DNA of 64,000 bases from Minisyncoccota bacterium (GTDB taxonomy: Bacteria > Patescibacteriota > Minisyncoccia > Phycocordibacterales > XYD1-FULL-46-19), in NCBI GenBank assembly GCA_040879645.1, contig JBBDJY010000013.1, forward strand, positions 30,366 through 94,365. The letters are read 5' to 3'. This document shows positions 55,783 through 64,000 of this stretch, piece by piece. Under the pieces are notes generated by a model. That model had not been told where the DNA came from. It saw only the letters and a list, made by a program, of their open reading frames with translations, and searched no databases. The translations under genes were made by a program, and so were the position numbers. Position 1 is the first letter of the stretch. Each line of letters starts with the position of its first letter.

Positions 55783-56829
55783 ATGAAGCACCTGATTCTT
55801 TTTCTTGTCTGTGTCTCTTTGTTTTTCGGCTGTCCGCCGGTAGAACCGGGAGGCGATCTTTCCTTGAGTGTTTCCTTGCCAAACGGCAACAGCTTCGCTC
55901 AAGGCGAAACCTTTGTCGCCACGGTTACCTATGCCGGTAGTCGGGCGCCGTACTCTTTCAAGGTTGAATTTGATGATGGAGTTAGTGCCACTGGTACTAT
56001 CAACACCGAAAACAAACTCAGCTACTCGGTGGTACCGAGCTCCGGTTCGGTTTCATTGTATCTGGATTCTCCCGGGTATATTGAAGTCAATCGGCCGGTT
56101 TGGACAACAACCAAACCGTCCGGCCAGTCATCAGTGGTGATGACCTTGTCTGGCGCTGACGGGCAAGAGAAGTCCAAGGCTGTATCGGTCCAAGTGCCGG
56201 TATTGTCGGCATTGGCGTTGGAAGTGACGGCCAATGGCGGAGCGTTTGCTGTTGAAGATCATCTGGTATTTACGGTCACGGCTTTTGGTGGTCAACCCCC
56301 ATACTTGCTGGAGGCTGTGTTTCCTCCGGTAGAGGTATTTGATTCTGGTTTCACCGAGATTAGGGCGGAAACCGTAATCAATGCCAACGGAGACATTAGT
56401 TGGCCGTCGGGATTTGAAGACTACAATGTTGTACCTTCTTTGGCTCTGGGGCGTAACGTTGCTCGGATTATCTCATTTAAATCTGGGCATGTCTCGTTTC
56501 GTTACAAATGGTTCGAACTTGTTTCCGAACTTGGTTCAATTCGTGTGTCGGTGACTGATGACTTAGGTCAGGTTGTCACCGACAGCTTTCAGGCTGGGGT
56601 GGTCTTGGAAGAATCGATTCCTGTCATTGTCCCTAGTTTGATTGGTTGGGATGAACAGGAAGCTATTTCGGAGATTTTTAGCCTTGGTTTTTGGCCATCT
56701 TCGCCTAAGGTTTACGATACTTCACCTTTGGGTCAAGTGTTTCGTCAGGATCTTGACCCGGGAGAAGAAATCAATATCGGCAGTGTCTTTACTATTAGGG
56801 TTTCTGCCGGTCCGAACCCCAACCCGTGA
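55783..56829 (+). CDS. Lipoprotein with Ig-like repeats and a C-terminal PASTA-like domain
   Basis: Signal peptide with LFFGC lipobox, tandem beta-sandwich domains, and a C-terminal PSLIGWDEQEAISEIFSLGFWPSSPKVYDTSPLGQVFRQDLDPGEEINIGSVFTIRVS segment with PASTA topology. GC-richer than its neighbours. Confidence 0.5.
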   Translation: MKHLILFLVCVSLFFGCPPVEPGGDLSLSVSLPNGNSFAQGETFVATVTYAGSRAPYSFKVEFDDGVSATGTINTENKLSYSVVPSSGSVSLYLDSPGYIEVNRPVWTTTKPSGQSSVVMTLSGADGQEKSKAVSVQVPVLSALALEVTANGGAFAVEDHLVFTVTAFGGQPPYLLEAVFPPVEVFDSGFTEIRAETVINANGDISWPSGFEDYNVVPSLALGRNVARIISFKSGHVSFRYKWFELVSELGSIRVSVTDDLGQVVTDSFQAGVVLEESIPVIVPSLIGWDEQEAISEIFSLGFWPSSPKVYDTSPLGQVFRQDLDPGEEINIGSVFTIRVSAGPNPNP

Positions 56830-56960
56830 CAGTTTCTTCTCTTTCATCCCCGAGTCTGTTTAGGCGGATCCGGGGGTGGTTTTTGCCAATTTTTTGTTTT
56901 CATACTTGGTTTTTCTTTCTTTTTTTGTTTTTCTTGAGGGTAATCAAAAGGTAATCAATT

Positions 56961-56991
56961 TCGCCCGAGGCAAGTTCTCGGGCGATTTTTT
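56961..56991 (+). terminator. Rho-independent terminator
   Basis: tcgcccgag-gcaagtt-ctcgggcga followed by tttttt. Confidence 0.55.
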
Positions 56992-57083
56992 GGTTTTCTT
57001 TTTTTGTGCTCAGACAAACGACAAAGGCTTGAGCTTGCCACCAGAGAAAGATATTTTTGTTAAAGTTTTCAGACTAAAATCTA

Positions 57084-57122
57084 AATAAAAACGCTCGGTC
57101 AGAATCTAATCTGACCGAGCGT
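57084..57122 (-). terminator. Rho-independent terminator of the ATP-grasp gene
   Basis: Perfect 13-bp stem acgctcggtcaga/tctgaccgagcgt with a U-run on the minus strand. Confidence 0.6.
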
Positions 57123-57137
57123 TAGGGGGCAATAGAA

Positions 57138-58145
57138 TTACCCTTTTTCCAGACTCTTGAGCACTTTCAAGTACAAGTTCTCGACGATGCGCTCTTGCGC
57201 TTTGCCCGCCTTGGCGTAATGGTCGAGACCGGGTGTCGAGTTGACCTCCAAGACCCAATAATGATCGGGCGGTTGACTGAGATCACCGGCGACAATCAAA
57301 TCGACCCCGCAAAAACGCAACCCCATCGCTCGAGTCAACCGGATGGCGATTTGGGCGAACTCGGAGTGAATCTGATTACTAACATCGACCGCGTCGCCAC
57401 CGGTTGAGAGATTGGTATTAGCCAAGAGGAAGACTTGCTCGTTTCGACTTGGCACCGAATCGAAGGTGAGGCCGAGATGCTTTAATTTTGAGCTCATTCG
57501 CGGATCGTCGAGTTTGATCTTAGTATCACGACTGGAGGCGACAAATTGACGTTGTTTTTTCTTCAGCAATCCCAAGATTGTTGAGCGGCCGTCGCCGATT
57601 ACGCTTAGAGGTAAGCGCTCGTAAGCGGAGATGATTTCGTCATCAAGGACGACGATCCGATAATCTCGACCGGAGACCGGACGTTGCACCAGAGCGACCC
57701 GATCGCGTTTGAAGATTCGCCCCAGAGCTTGATCGAACTCAACTCGATTGTGCGCCAGATTGACGTCAAACCCTTGACTGGAACTGTTGGGCTTGACGAT
57801 TACCGGCCAGCCGAGCTTCCGCGCATAACGATAAGCGGCCTCGTGATCGCGCCGGGAATTGATCGCCCGACACCAATCATCAGAATAGAAGGCCTGGCCG
57901 GATACCACCGGATAACCCTCCTTTTTGATAAAGAAGGCGGCAAAGTCCTTGTCACGCGCCAACTCCGAGGCGCCCATCGGGTTAAGGTCAAGGGTTGAAT
58001 ACTTGAAGTAACATCTCCGACCATTCTTGAAAGCGATCTGGCCGACAATCTGCCAATTCGGTTCCATGGTTACCACCGCTCCGATTCGGGGAGCGACTTT
58101 CCGCAAAACTGTCCCGAGTAAGGGAGTGGGGTGTTTCTTTTTCAT
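57138..58145 (-). CDS. ATP-grasp family ligase (RimK/GshB/cyanophycin-synthetase-like)
   Basis: GWPVIVKPNSSSQG, GRDYRIVVLD, NLSTGG and YWVLEVNSTPG motifs. GC-rich relative to the rest of the window. Confidence 0.7.
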   Translation of the reverse strand: MKKKHPTPLLGTVLRKVAPRIGAVVTMEPNWQIVGQIAFKNGRRCYFKYSTLDLNPMGASELARDKDFAAFFIKKEGYPVVSGQAFYSDDWCRAINSRRDHEAAYRYARKLGWPVIVKPNSSSQGFDVNLAHNRVEFDQALGRIFKRDRVALVQRPVSGRDYRIVVLDDEIISAYERLPLSVIGDGRSTILGLLKKKQRQFVASSRDTKIKLDDPRMSSKLKHLGLTFDSVPSRNEQVFLLANTNLSTGGDAVDVSNQIHSEFAQIAIRLTRAMGLRFCGVDLIVAGDLSQPPDHYWVLEVNSTPGLDHYAKAGKAQERIVENLYLKVLKSLEKG

Positions 58146-58343
58146 CGGTTTATCCTTTCGTTAGTTGGTTTAATTTTGGCAAAAAATTGCCTCGATTGTC
58201 AATTTTATCTATTTAATCTATCTTGACATTAAAATAATAATGGTATTTTGTCAAAGAAGAGATCTTGCTATAAAATCATAATTATGGTAGAGTAAAATGA
58301 GATTTAGTGTGATAAAGAAGTTGGACCTTGAAAGCCAAAAGAC

Positions 58344-59675
58344 ATGGAGGCTAATGTTATGGAAGAAGCAGATACTCTAAACATTGAAGGTGGGCATCCA
58401 CTTGAAGGTGAAGTCTTTGTTCGTGGCGCCAAAAACACCGTACCTAAAAGCATGGTGGCGACGTTGCTTACAAATGATACCTGTGTGATTAAAAATGTCG
58501 CGCGTATTGTCGATGTAGATATAATGCGTGACATGATCTCGGCGTTTGGTGGTGATGTGACGTTCACACATGACCACACTCTTCAGATAACCACTCCGTC
58601 GCTCACACAGATTCCTTTAGATCAAATGGGAGAATTCGCTGGCAAGAGCCGTATCCCCGTTCTTGCTTGCGGTCCATTACTGAGACGCACTGGACACGTC
58701 ATTGTTCCTACTCTTGGAGGTTGTCAGATCGGGAATCGTCCCATCGACTTCCACATCGAGGCCCTAAAAATTCTCGGGGCGCGAGTCGAGGTATACGAAA
58801 CGCACCTGGAGATGTTCGCTGACCGTTTGCGCGGAGCGAAAATCAGGTTGCCATATCCAAGTATCGGTGCAACCGAGCAGATTCTTTTTTCTTCGGTTTT
58901 GGCGGATGGGGTTACAGAAATAAGCAACGCTGCTATCGAACCAGAGATTATGGACCTGATTGCGGTACTCCAAAAGATGGGGGCGATCATATCCGTGGAT
59001 ACTCATAGGGTAATCACGATCTACGGAGTAGAGAAACTCTCTGGGTTTACACATCAAGCACTTCCTGACAGGCTGGAAGCGGCATCTTGGGCATGTTTGG
59101 CCGCGGCGACAAATGGTAAGATTTTTGTAAGGGGCGCCGAACAAATGAACATGATGACATTCCTCAACGCTTTTCGTCAGGCTGGTGGTGCCTTTGAGAT
59201 CACGGAATCTGGTATTGAGTTCTCTCGAGAGAGTAAAACCCTTAAGGCGATGGCACTTGAAACAGATGTTCATCCGGGGTTTATGACCGACTGGCAGCAA
59301 CCATTCGCCGTCATGCTCACTCAAGCCGATGGTTTGTCCGTCATACATGAGACTGTCTACGAAGGTCGCTTCGGCTATATCGAAGCCCTCAAGTTGATGG
59401 GTGCTCAAATCCAGCTCTATCAGAAATGTCTCGGGCAAATCAGTTGCCGTTTCGCCAATCGCGATGCATTTCACAGTGCCGTGATTGCGGGACCAACGGC
59501 TCTAAAGGGGGCAAGGATCCACATCCCAGATCTCCGTGGTGGTTTTTCTTACATCATCGCCGCATTGGTTGCTCAAGGTTCCTCAAGCCTAAGTAATATC
59601 GGGCTTATCCGTAGAGGGTACGAGGATATCGTTGGGAAACTCCGAGCCATTAAAGCAAGCATTCAGGAGGAATGA
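58344..59675 (+). CDS. murA: UDP-N-acetylglucosamine 1-carboxyvinyltransferase (MurA/EPT family), canonical-looking copy in a GC-rich context
   Basis: GAKNTVPK, the active-site loop LGGCQIGNRPIDFHI (Cys present), NAAIEPEIMDL, HPGFMTDWQQPF and RGYEDI. Confidence 0.8.
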   Translation: MEANVMEEADTLNIEGGHPLEGEVFVRGAKNTVPKSMVATLLTNDTCVIKNVARIVDVDIMRDMISAFGGDVTFTHDHTLQITTPSLTQIPLDQMGEFAGKSRIPVLACGPLLRRTGHVIVPTLGGCQIGNRPIDFHIEALKILGARVEVYETHLEMFADRLRGAKIRLPYPSIGATEQILFSSVLADGVTEISNAAIEPEIMDLIAVLQKMGAIISVDTHRVITIYGVEKLSGFTHQALPDRLEAASWACLAAATNGKIFVRGAEQMNMMTFLNAFRQAGGAFEITESGIEFSRESKTLKAMALETDVHPGFMTDWQQPFAVMLTQADGLSVIHETVYEGRFGYIEALKLMGAQIQLYQKCLGQISCRFANRDAFHSAVIAGPTALKGARIHIPDLRGGFSYIIAALVAQGSSSLSNIGLIRRGYEDIVGKLRAIKASIQEE

Positions 59676-59701
59676 TTGTCCTTCTAATATCAACACACTC
59701 A

Positions 59702-59733
59702 AAGCACGATATGAAGCCATATCGTGCTTTTAT
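59702..59733 (+). terminator. Rho-independent terminator between the two MurA-like genes
   Basis: 12-bp perfect stem aagcacgatatg/catatcgtgctt followed by tttt. Confidence 0.5.
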
Positions 59734-59843
59734 TGACTAGAGTTAGTTTATCCATAAGAGGTTTGAATCTATTCTTATTTTGTCTTTTTGTCTTCTTTAT
59801 TATACAATAACATCATCAATTTTAACTTTAAAATACGAGGAAA

Positions 59844-61148
59844 ATGTCATATTTCAGTATCAATGGTGGACGGAAATTAAGCGGTTCAATTAAGGTTAAT
59901 TCCTGTAAAAACTCAGCGGTGGCAATTTTGTGTTCCACGATTATGATTAAAGGAGAAACGACCCTTGTTAATGTTCCGGCGATTGAAGAGGTTAAAAGAA
60001 TAATAGAAGTTTTAACTTCATTAGGATTAAAAATTACATGGGAAGAAGAGCATAAATTAAAAATTCTTAACGAGGAACAAATAAAACCGGAAAATCTGAA
60101 TCAAGAATCATTTGCCAAAACGAGATCCGGGATACTTCTTTTAGGGGCGCTTTCTGGAGTAAGTAATAATTTTTCCTTACCAAAAACCGGTGGTTGTAAA
60201 TTAGGAAAAAGAACAGTCAATCCTCATATATTATCGTTAGGACATTTAGGGGTAAAAATACAAGAAACTACCGATTCTTATCTCATTACAAAAGAGGATT
60301 TAAAAAAATCAGAGTTTGTTATGTATGAATCTGGTGATACCGCGACAGAAAATGCTATTATGACAGCTTCCTTGATTCAAGGAAAGACCACAATTCATTT
60401 CGCTTCTTCTAATTATATGGTTAGAGATTTGTGTTATTTTTTAAAACGAGCCGGGGTAAAGATAGGAGACCTTGATTCTTTTAATATAATTATTGATGGT
60501 GTTGAAAAACTGAAACCAGTAAATGATTACTCCATCATGCCTGATCCCATAGAGGCTATGACTTTGATATCAATCGCCATCACAACTAAATCTAATCTAA
60601 AGGTGATTGGTTGCCCTATTGATTTTCTTCGTTTGGAGCTAGAAAAATTACAAACAATGGGGCAAAAATTTAATGTCAGTGAAATATACAAATCAGATAA
60701 TAATTATTTTGACTTAGTCGATATTGAGATTATTCCTTCAAACCTAACAGCATTGCCAGATAAAATTTACGGCAGTCCTTATCCAGGTTTAAATATAGAC
60801 AATCTTCCTTTATTTTTACCAATCCTCACTCAGGCTGAAGGTCAAACATTAGTCCACGATTGGGCTTATGAAAATAGAGCTATTTATTATACAGAAATGA
60901 ACCGTTTGGGGGCTGATATCATGCTACTTGATCCATATCGAGTGATTGTTTCTGGTCCGACACAATTAGAACCTGCCGAAATCATCTGTCCCCCAGCATT
61001 AAGACCATCAATAAATTTATTAACTTGCATGTTAGCGGCTTCAGGGAAATCAATTCTAAGAAACGCTTATCCAATAGATCGAGGTTATGAAAATATTGTC
61101 GGTAGACTTAACGATATCGGCGCTAATATCCAAAGACTGGATGATTAA
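59844..61148 (+). CDS. MurA/EPT-family enolpyruvyl transferase paralog (AT-rich, more divergent)
   Basis: 434 aa. The Cys loop (KTGGCKLGKRTVNPHI) and C-terminal DRGYENIV are retained, but the NAAxEPEI motif is not conserved. Confidence 0.7.
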   Translation: MSYFSINGGRKLSGSIKVNSCKNSAVAILCSTIMIKGETTLVNVPAIEEVKRIIEVLTSLGLKITWEEEHKLKILNEEQIKPENLNQESFAKTRSGILLLGALSGVSNNFSLPKTGGCKLGKRTVNPHILSLGHLGVKIQETTDSYLITKEDLKKSEFVMYESGDTATENAIMTASLIQGKTTIHFASSNYMVRDLCYFLKRAGVKIGDLDSFNIIIDGVEKLKPVNDYSIMPDPIEAMTLISIAITTKSNLKVIGCPIDFLRLELEKLQTMGQKFNVSEIYKSDNNYFDLVDIEIIPSNLTALPDKIYGSPYPGLNIDNLPLFLPILTQAEGQTLVHDWAYENRAIYYTEMNRLGADIMLLDPYRVIVSGPTQLEPAEIICPPALRPSINLLTCMLAASGKSILRNAYPIDRGYENIVGRLNDIGANIQRLDD

Positions 61149-61213
61149 TTAAAAATCACCCAGTCTGTATGACCGGGTGATGTGTTTGTACTATTATTCC
61201 GGAGACTTAAGTG

Positions 61214-61990
61214 TCAATAACCGAATTTTCTGGCGGTTTCCCCGCACATATCTTCGATTATTCGAAACTCAGTCTCAAGCGACCCTGACGATATGTCACT
61301 CCTCCTGCCAAAAAAATCTTCAAGAGAGGATTGCTTGATCTTTGGCAGTTTTTCTTTAAAATCTAATTCAATCCCCAGATGTGTCGCTATCCTTTCTACG
61401 GTAGCGGTTTGGTTTTGAATTAAATCTTCATAACGAACGACATGAACTCCCAAACTACGAGAGGAGAGAATAGTATCGGCAATCAAGTTCCATGCGAGGC
61501 ATTGATTTTTTGTGCCCTCTTTCAGAGCATCAAAGGTTGTCTTCCATGACAAGATGGTAAATTTGGGATCCCTCACAATCACAATTACTCCACCACCTAG
61601 ATCCTTGTTCATCCATTTGACAAAGTCTGGCCATTCTTGAATGAACAATTGAAAGAAATCTTTGTTCGAAAAGGCTGGGAAAGATTTCTTAATTCCAACA
61701 ATCCTCATTCCATCAAGGGAACGTTTTACCATTCCCCATCTGGTTTTTGAAGGAGGAAAAGTATCGGTCACTTCCAATCCTTTAATGTCGATCCTTTGCA
61801 TCATGAAACCATATCGTAAACTTTCTTCGATAAAGTTAAATATGGTTGTGATGTTTGATCGGTCAGAAATGTTCACTGAATTCAATGGCTCGTTGACAAT
61901 TGACATGTTTGTCGTGCAGTTGAGAATCTTGATCAACAAACTACTACCACTTCTTGACGGGGCAGAAATATAAAGTGGCTTAAGTTTCAT
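61214..61990 (-). CDS. Sulfotransferase-family protein
   Basis: 5'-PSB-like P-loop ISAPSRSGSSLL and 3'-PB-like VIVRDPKFTILSW. Confidence 0.6.
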   Translation of the reverse strand: MKLKPLYISAPSRSGSSLLIKILNCTTNMSIVNEPLNSVNISDRSNITTIFNFIEESLRYGFMMQRIDIKGLEVTDTFPPSKTRWGMVKRSLDGMRIVGIKKSFPAFSNKDFFQLFIQEWPDFVKWMNKDLGGGVIVIVRDPKFTILSWKTTFDALKEGTKNQCLAWNLIADTILSSRSLGVHVVRYEDLIQNQTATVERIATHLGIELDFKEKLPKIKQSSLEDFFGRRSDISSGSLETEFRIIEDMCGETARKFGY

Positions 61991-62400
61991 CTTTATACCT
62001 CCTCATGTTATGGCCAGTTTTCAAGGTGCAACTTCGACACAATATCAAAGCTCATCTCACTCTACCATAAATATTATCCTATAGCAAGATATCATTGTTC
62101 TAACTAAAGACATTTGGCTCTTTAATTAATCCTAGTATTTCATTGGGATCCTTGCCATTTAGACCGCAATGTTTCAAATCATTGTCATAGTCATTCCACG
62201 GTTAAGGGTTGATTTTTATTGGACCCTAACAACAAAATTCACAAAATTGAATCAGGCATCCCAAAAACGTCTCAATCGAGCCGTTTTTTGGTGAAGCCGG
62301 AAAAATCAGCTGTTTTCTCTTGCCAACAAAATTAAGGGGAGTAGCTTCAAGATAGGTTCTCCGGAACAGTTCCGGAGAAAAACTTGGTCTTTGAAAGGAG

Positions 62401-63069
62401 GTGAAAATGAGATGCGTCTTTACTTTAACAGATGGTAATCCAGAGTATCTTCAGAACAGAGGGAAAAAATCCCTCGAGTTCTGCGCCGGAACTTATCTAC
62501 GGACTGAGATTGCCAATGCCTTTGATTATTATGGAGTGAAGGACAGGTACACCCTCTTTGTTGACGTGGACACTATGATCTTGAACGAGATTGATCTGGA
62601 TGACGTCGAGACTTCCTATTTTGCGGCATCGCCAGATTGGGATATCTCAGATTGGTCTTCTGTAGGCACAGGAGTGATGCTAATCAACATAGAGAGGATG
62701 AAGAGAGATTATCCCAAGTTGGTCCAACATCTAATCAAGCACAACTTCGATTTTGCTTTTGATGGCAATGGACCATGTAGCCAAGGAGCTTGGAATACTT
62801 TTTTCAGAGGCAAATGGGATAGACTCGATCCTCTCTATGATTGGAAACCATGGTGGGGTTTCAATCCAGAAGCAAAAGTCGTCCATTTTTCTGGTCCAAA
62901 ACCAAAAGAGATTCCTCGTCTTTTGGTAGACCAAACCAACAAGAAAGGAAAGAGTGAGTCAGAAGAGATTAAGCGATTTGTAGTTAACTGCAACAGAGAA
63001 GCTTTCTTGCGATATTCATCCATGTGGGAAGAATATCGAAAAATCTCAGAGTCCAAGGATTTTGAGTAA
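62401..63069 (+). CDS. Glycosyltransferase, GT8-like nucleotide-diphospho-sugar transferase fold
   Basis: DxD motif FVDVDTMIL and a C-terminal VVHFSGPKPKE typical of GT8. Confidence 0.6.
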   Translation: MKMRCVFTLTDGNPEYLQNRGKKSLEFCAGTYLRTEIANAFDYYGVKDRYTLFVDVDTMILNEIDLDDVETSYFAASPDWDISDWSSVGTGVMLINIERMKRDYPKLVQHLIKHNFDFAFDGNGPCSQGAWNTFFRGKWDRLDPLYDWKPWWGFNPEAKVVHFSGPKPKEIPRLLVDQTNKKGKSESEEIKRFVVNCNREAFLRYSSMWEEYRKISESKDFE

Positions 63070-63111
63070 GAAGACTGTCAATTCTAACAACACACAGAAA
63101 GGAACCGTGTC

Positions 63112-63333
63112 ATGAGTTTGGGAATTCTGAACGATCTGGGTGGGCAGAAGTTTGTCAAATCGACCTTCTCCCAATATGTCTGGAACAGGTGCGTCGAGGT
63201 ATCCATCGGCAAGGACCTTGTCGTGGTTCGCGATTCCAAGAACCAGGCCGGACCCGTGCTGAACTTCAACCATGATGAGTGGAGGGCTTTCGTTCAGGGC
63301 GTCAAGAACGACGAATTCGATCTGCCTTCTTAG
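63112..63333 (+). CDS. DUF397 domain protein (actinobacterial type)
   Basis: W...CVEVSIGKDLVVVRDSKNQAGPVLNFNHDEWRAFVQGVKNDEFD closely follows the DUF397 consensus. GC-rich. Confidence 0.7.
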   Translation: MSLGILNDLGGQKFVKSTFSQYVWNRCVEVSIGKDLVVVRDSKNQAGPVLNFNHDEWRAFVQGVKNDEFDLPS

Positions 63334-63399
63334 TCATCTTCTCGAGCATATTTTCACTATCAACACGGCAAAATCGCCAGACCCCGTCTGGCGATTTTT

Positions 63400-63972
63400 T
63401 TATTGACCAGATTTATCAGGTATTTTTGTCCGTAATGGGATTTTTGCTTCAGGTAAATTGCTTTCGAAAAATTGGAGATGCCCGGCACCTGTTACGATCA
63501 CAATTCGATCGTTCTCTATCATTAATTTTTTAATATTTTCAAGCATTATTTTTTCTCTTTGATTTTCGTTATCCATATTGAACAATAACGGTAAGAGTGG
63601 ATCATTTAATAAATTATTAACTGTCTCGTTGTTAAATTCTTTCCAAGAATGTTTCTCGATGATAGATTGTTGATTCTCCATCAATTTTTTATATTCTTGA
63701 TCATTTGGTCCTTTTCCTTTTATAAAATAAGAGTGCTGGCTGTCCACATCAAAAGTACCAACTTCCAGTCCGCGATCTTTGGCCCAATGATAAGCGAAGA
63801 CCAGCTCTTCGGCATAAATTTGTCTCGCCTTCATCTCTAAAGACGGTACTCCTGTTAATTCAACCAAAACCTGATCCGGTTCTAAATCCTCCAAGATTTT
63901 TTGTAACTCTTCTTTAGGAGTATATTTACCGTGGATGGTTCCAATGATGAAAATTTCTCTCATGTTTATCAT
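63400..63972 (-). CDS. TraB/GumN/PrgY-family protein
   Basis: N-terminal IIGTIHGK...PDQVLVEL and C-terminal TGAGHL match the TraB-family signature. Confidence 0.6.
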   Translation of the reverse strand: MINMREIFIIGTIHGKYTPKEELQKILEDLEPDQVLVELTGVPSLEMKARQIYAEELVFAYHWAKDRGLEVGTFDVDSQHSYFIKGKGPNDQEYKKLMENQQSIIEKHSWKEFNNETVNNLLNDPLLPLLFNMDNENQREKIMLENIKKLMIENDRIVIVTGAGHLQFFESNLPEAKIPLRTKIPDKSGQ

Positions 63973-64000
63973 CTATCCTACTATGAGATCAGTGATATTG

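Noticed and set aside
1-64000. Alternative genetic code (UGA or UAG recoding), as occurs in some CPR lineages
   Set aside because: Conserved proteins (DnaA, DnaN, PNPase, PcrA, NusA, RNase Y and others) are full length with standard stops, and intergenic spacing is normal.

Overview
This 64-kb window is AT-rich and reads cleanly in the standard genetic code. It is a chromosomal segment around the replication-initiation gene set: a DciA-like gene, dnaN and dnaA on the minus strand, and rpmH, rnpA and yidC on the plus strand. The gene repertoire looks like a reduced, Gram-positive-like genome, possibly a CPR/Patescibacteria or Saccharibacteria-like epibiont, but that placement is inference only. 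Supporting genes are RNase Y, PcrA, HU, a trigger factor of only 350 aa, a CCA-adding enzyme next to tRNAs that do not encode CCA, and a single Xer recombinase.

The most interesting feature lies immediately downstream of yidC. It is a tightly packed, roughly 13.5-kb, 11-gene minus-strand operon (4907..18478) encoding a Gram-positive-type (MPF-FATA-like) type IV secretion-like apparatus. Its components are:
- a VirB4-family ATPase carrying GAGKS and DEAW motifs, split into two overlapping ORFs;
- a PrgI/VirB3-like small membrane protein;
- an 872-aa polytopic membrane protein that is VirB6-like;
- a 1046-aa secreted protein with LPxxLxR and Gly-rich repeats;
- a membrane-anchored VanY-like M15 peptidase whose N-terminus has a VirB2/TrbC pilin-like topology;
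- several secreted or membrane proteins of unknown function, and a TolB-like beta-propeller.
No coupling protein (VirD4) or relaxase is visible in the window.

The second notable region is the 3' end of the window (about 55.7..64.0 kb). It is a compositional mosaic of GC-richer genes that look horizontally acquired: an ATP-grasp ligase, a canonical MurA-like enolpyruvyl transferase, a sulfotransferase, a GT8-like glycosyltransferase, an actinobacterial-type DUF397 protein, a TraB/GumN-family protein and a PASTA-domain lipoprotein. Interleaved with these is a native-looking, divergent MurA paralog.

Other features seen directly in the sequence:
- a GC-rich insertion between rpsO and pnp (two ORFs and a NYN-domain protein) with two 23-bp perfect palindromes in the pnp leader;
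- duplicated 3'-end fragments of tRNA-Gly and tRNA-Pro, resembling integration scars, next to GC-rich patches;
- a 17/19 match to the Tn5 mosaic end in an intergenic region;
- two paralogous small membrane proteins beginning MEE-N-QENNQGENQ, each paired with a secreted protein, one of them carrying three perfect 22-aa tandem repeats;
- a family of GC-rich palindromic terminator hairpins;
- rpmH, which is absent from the ORF track.

Coordinates for features located by hand (tRNAs, hairpins, repeats, small ORFs) are approximate to within about 2 nt.
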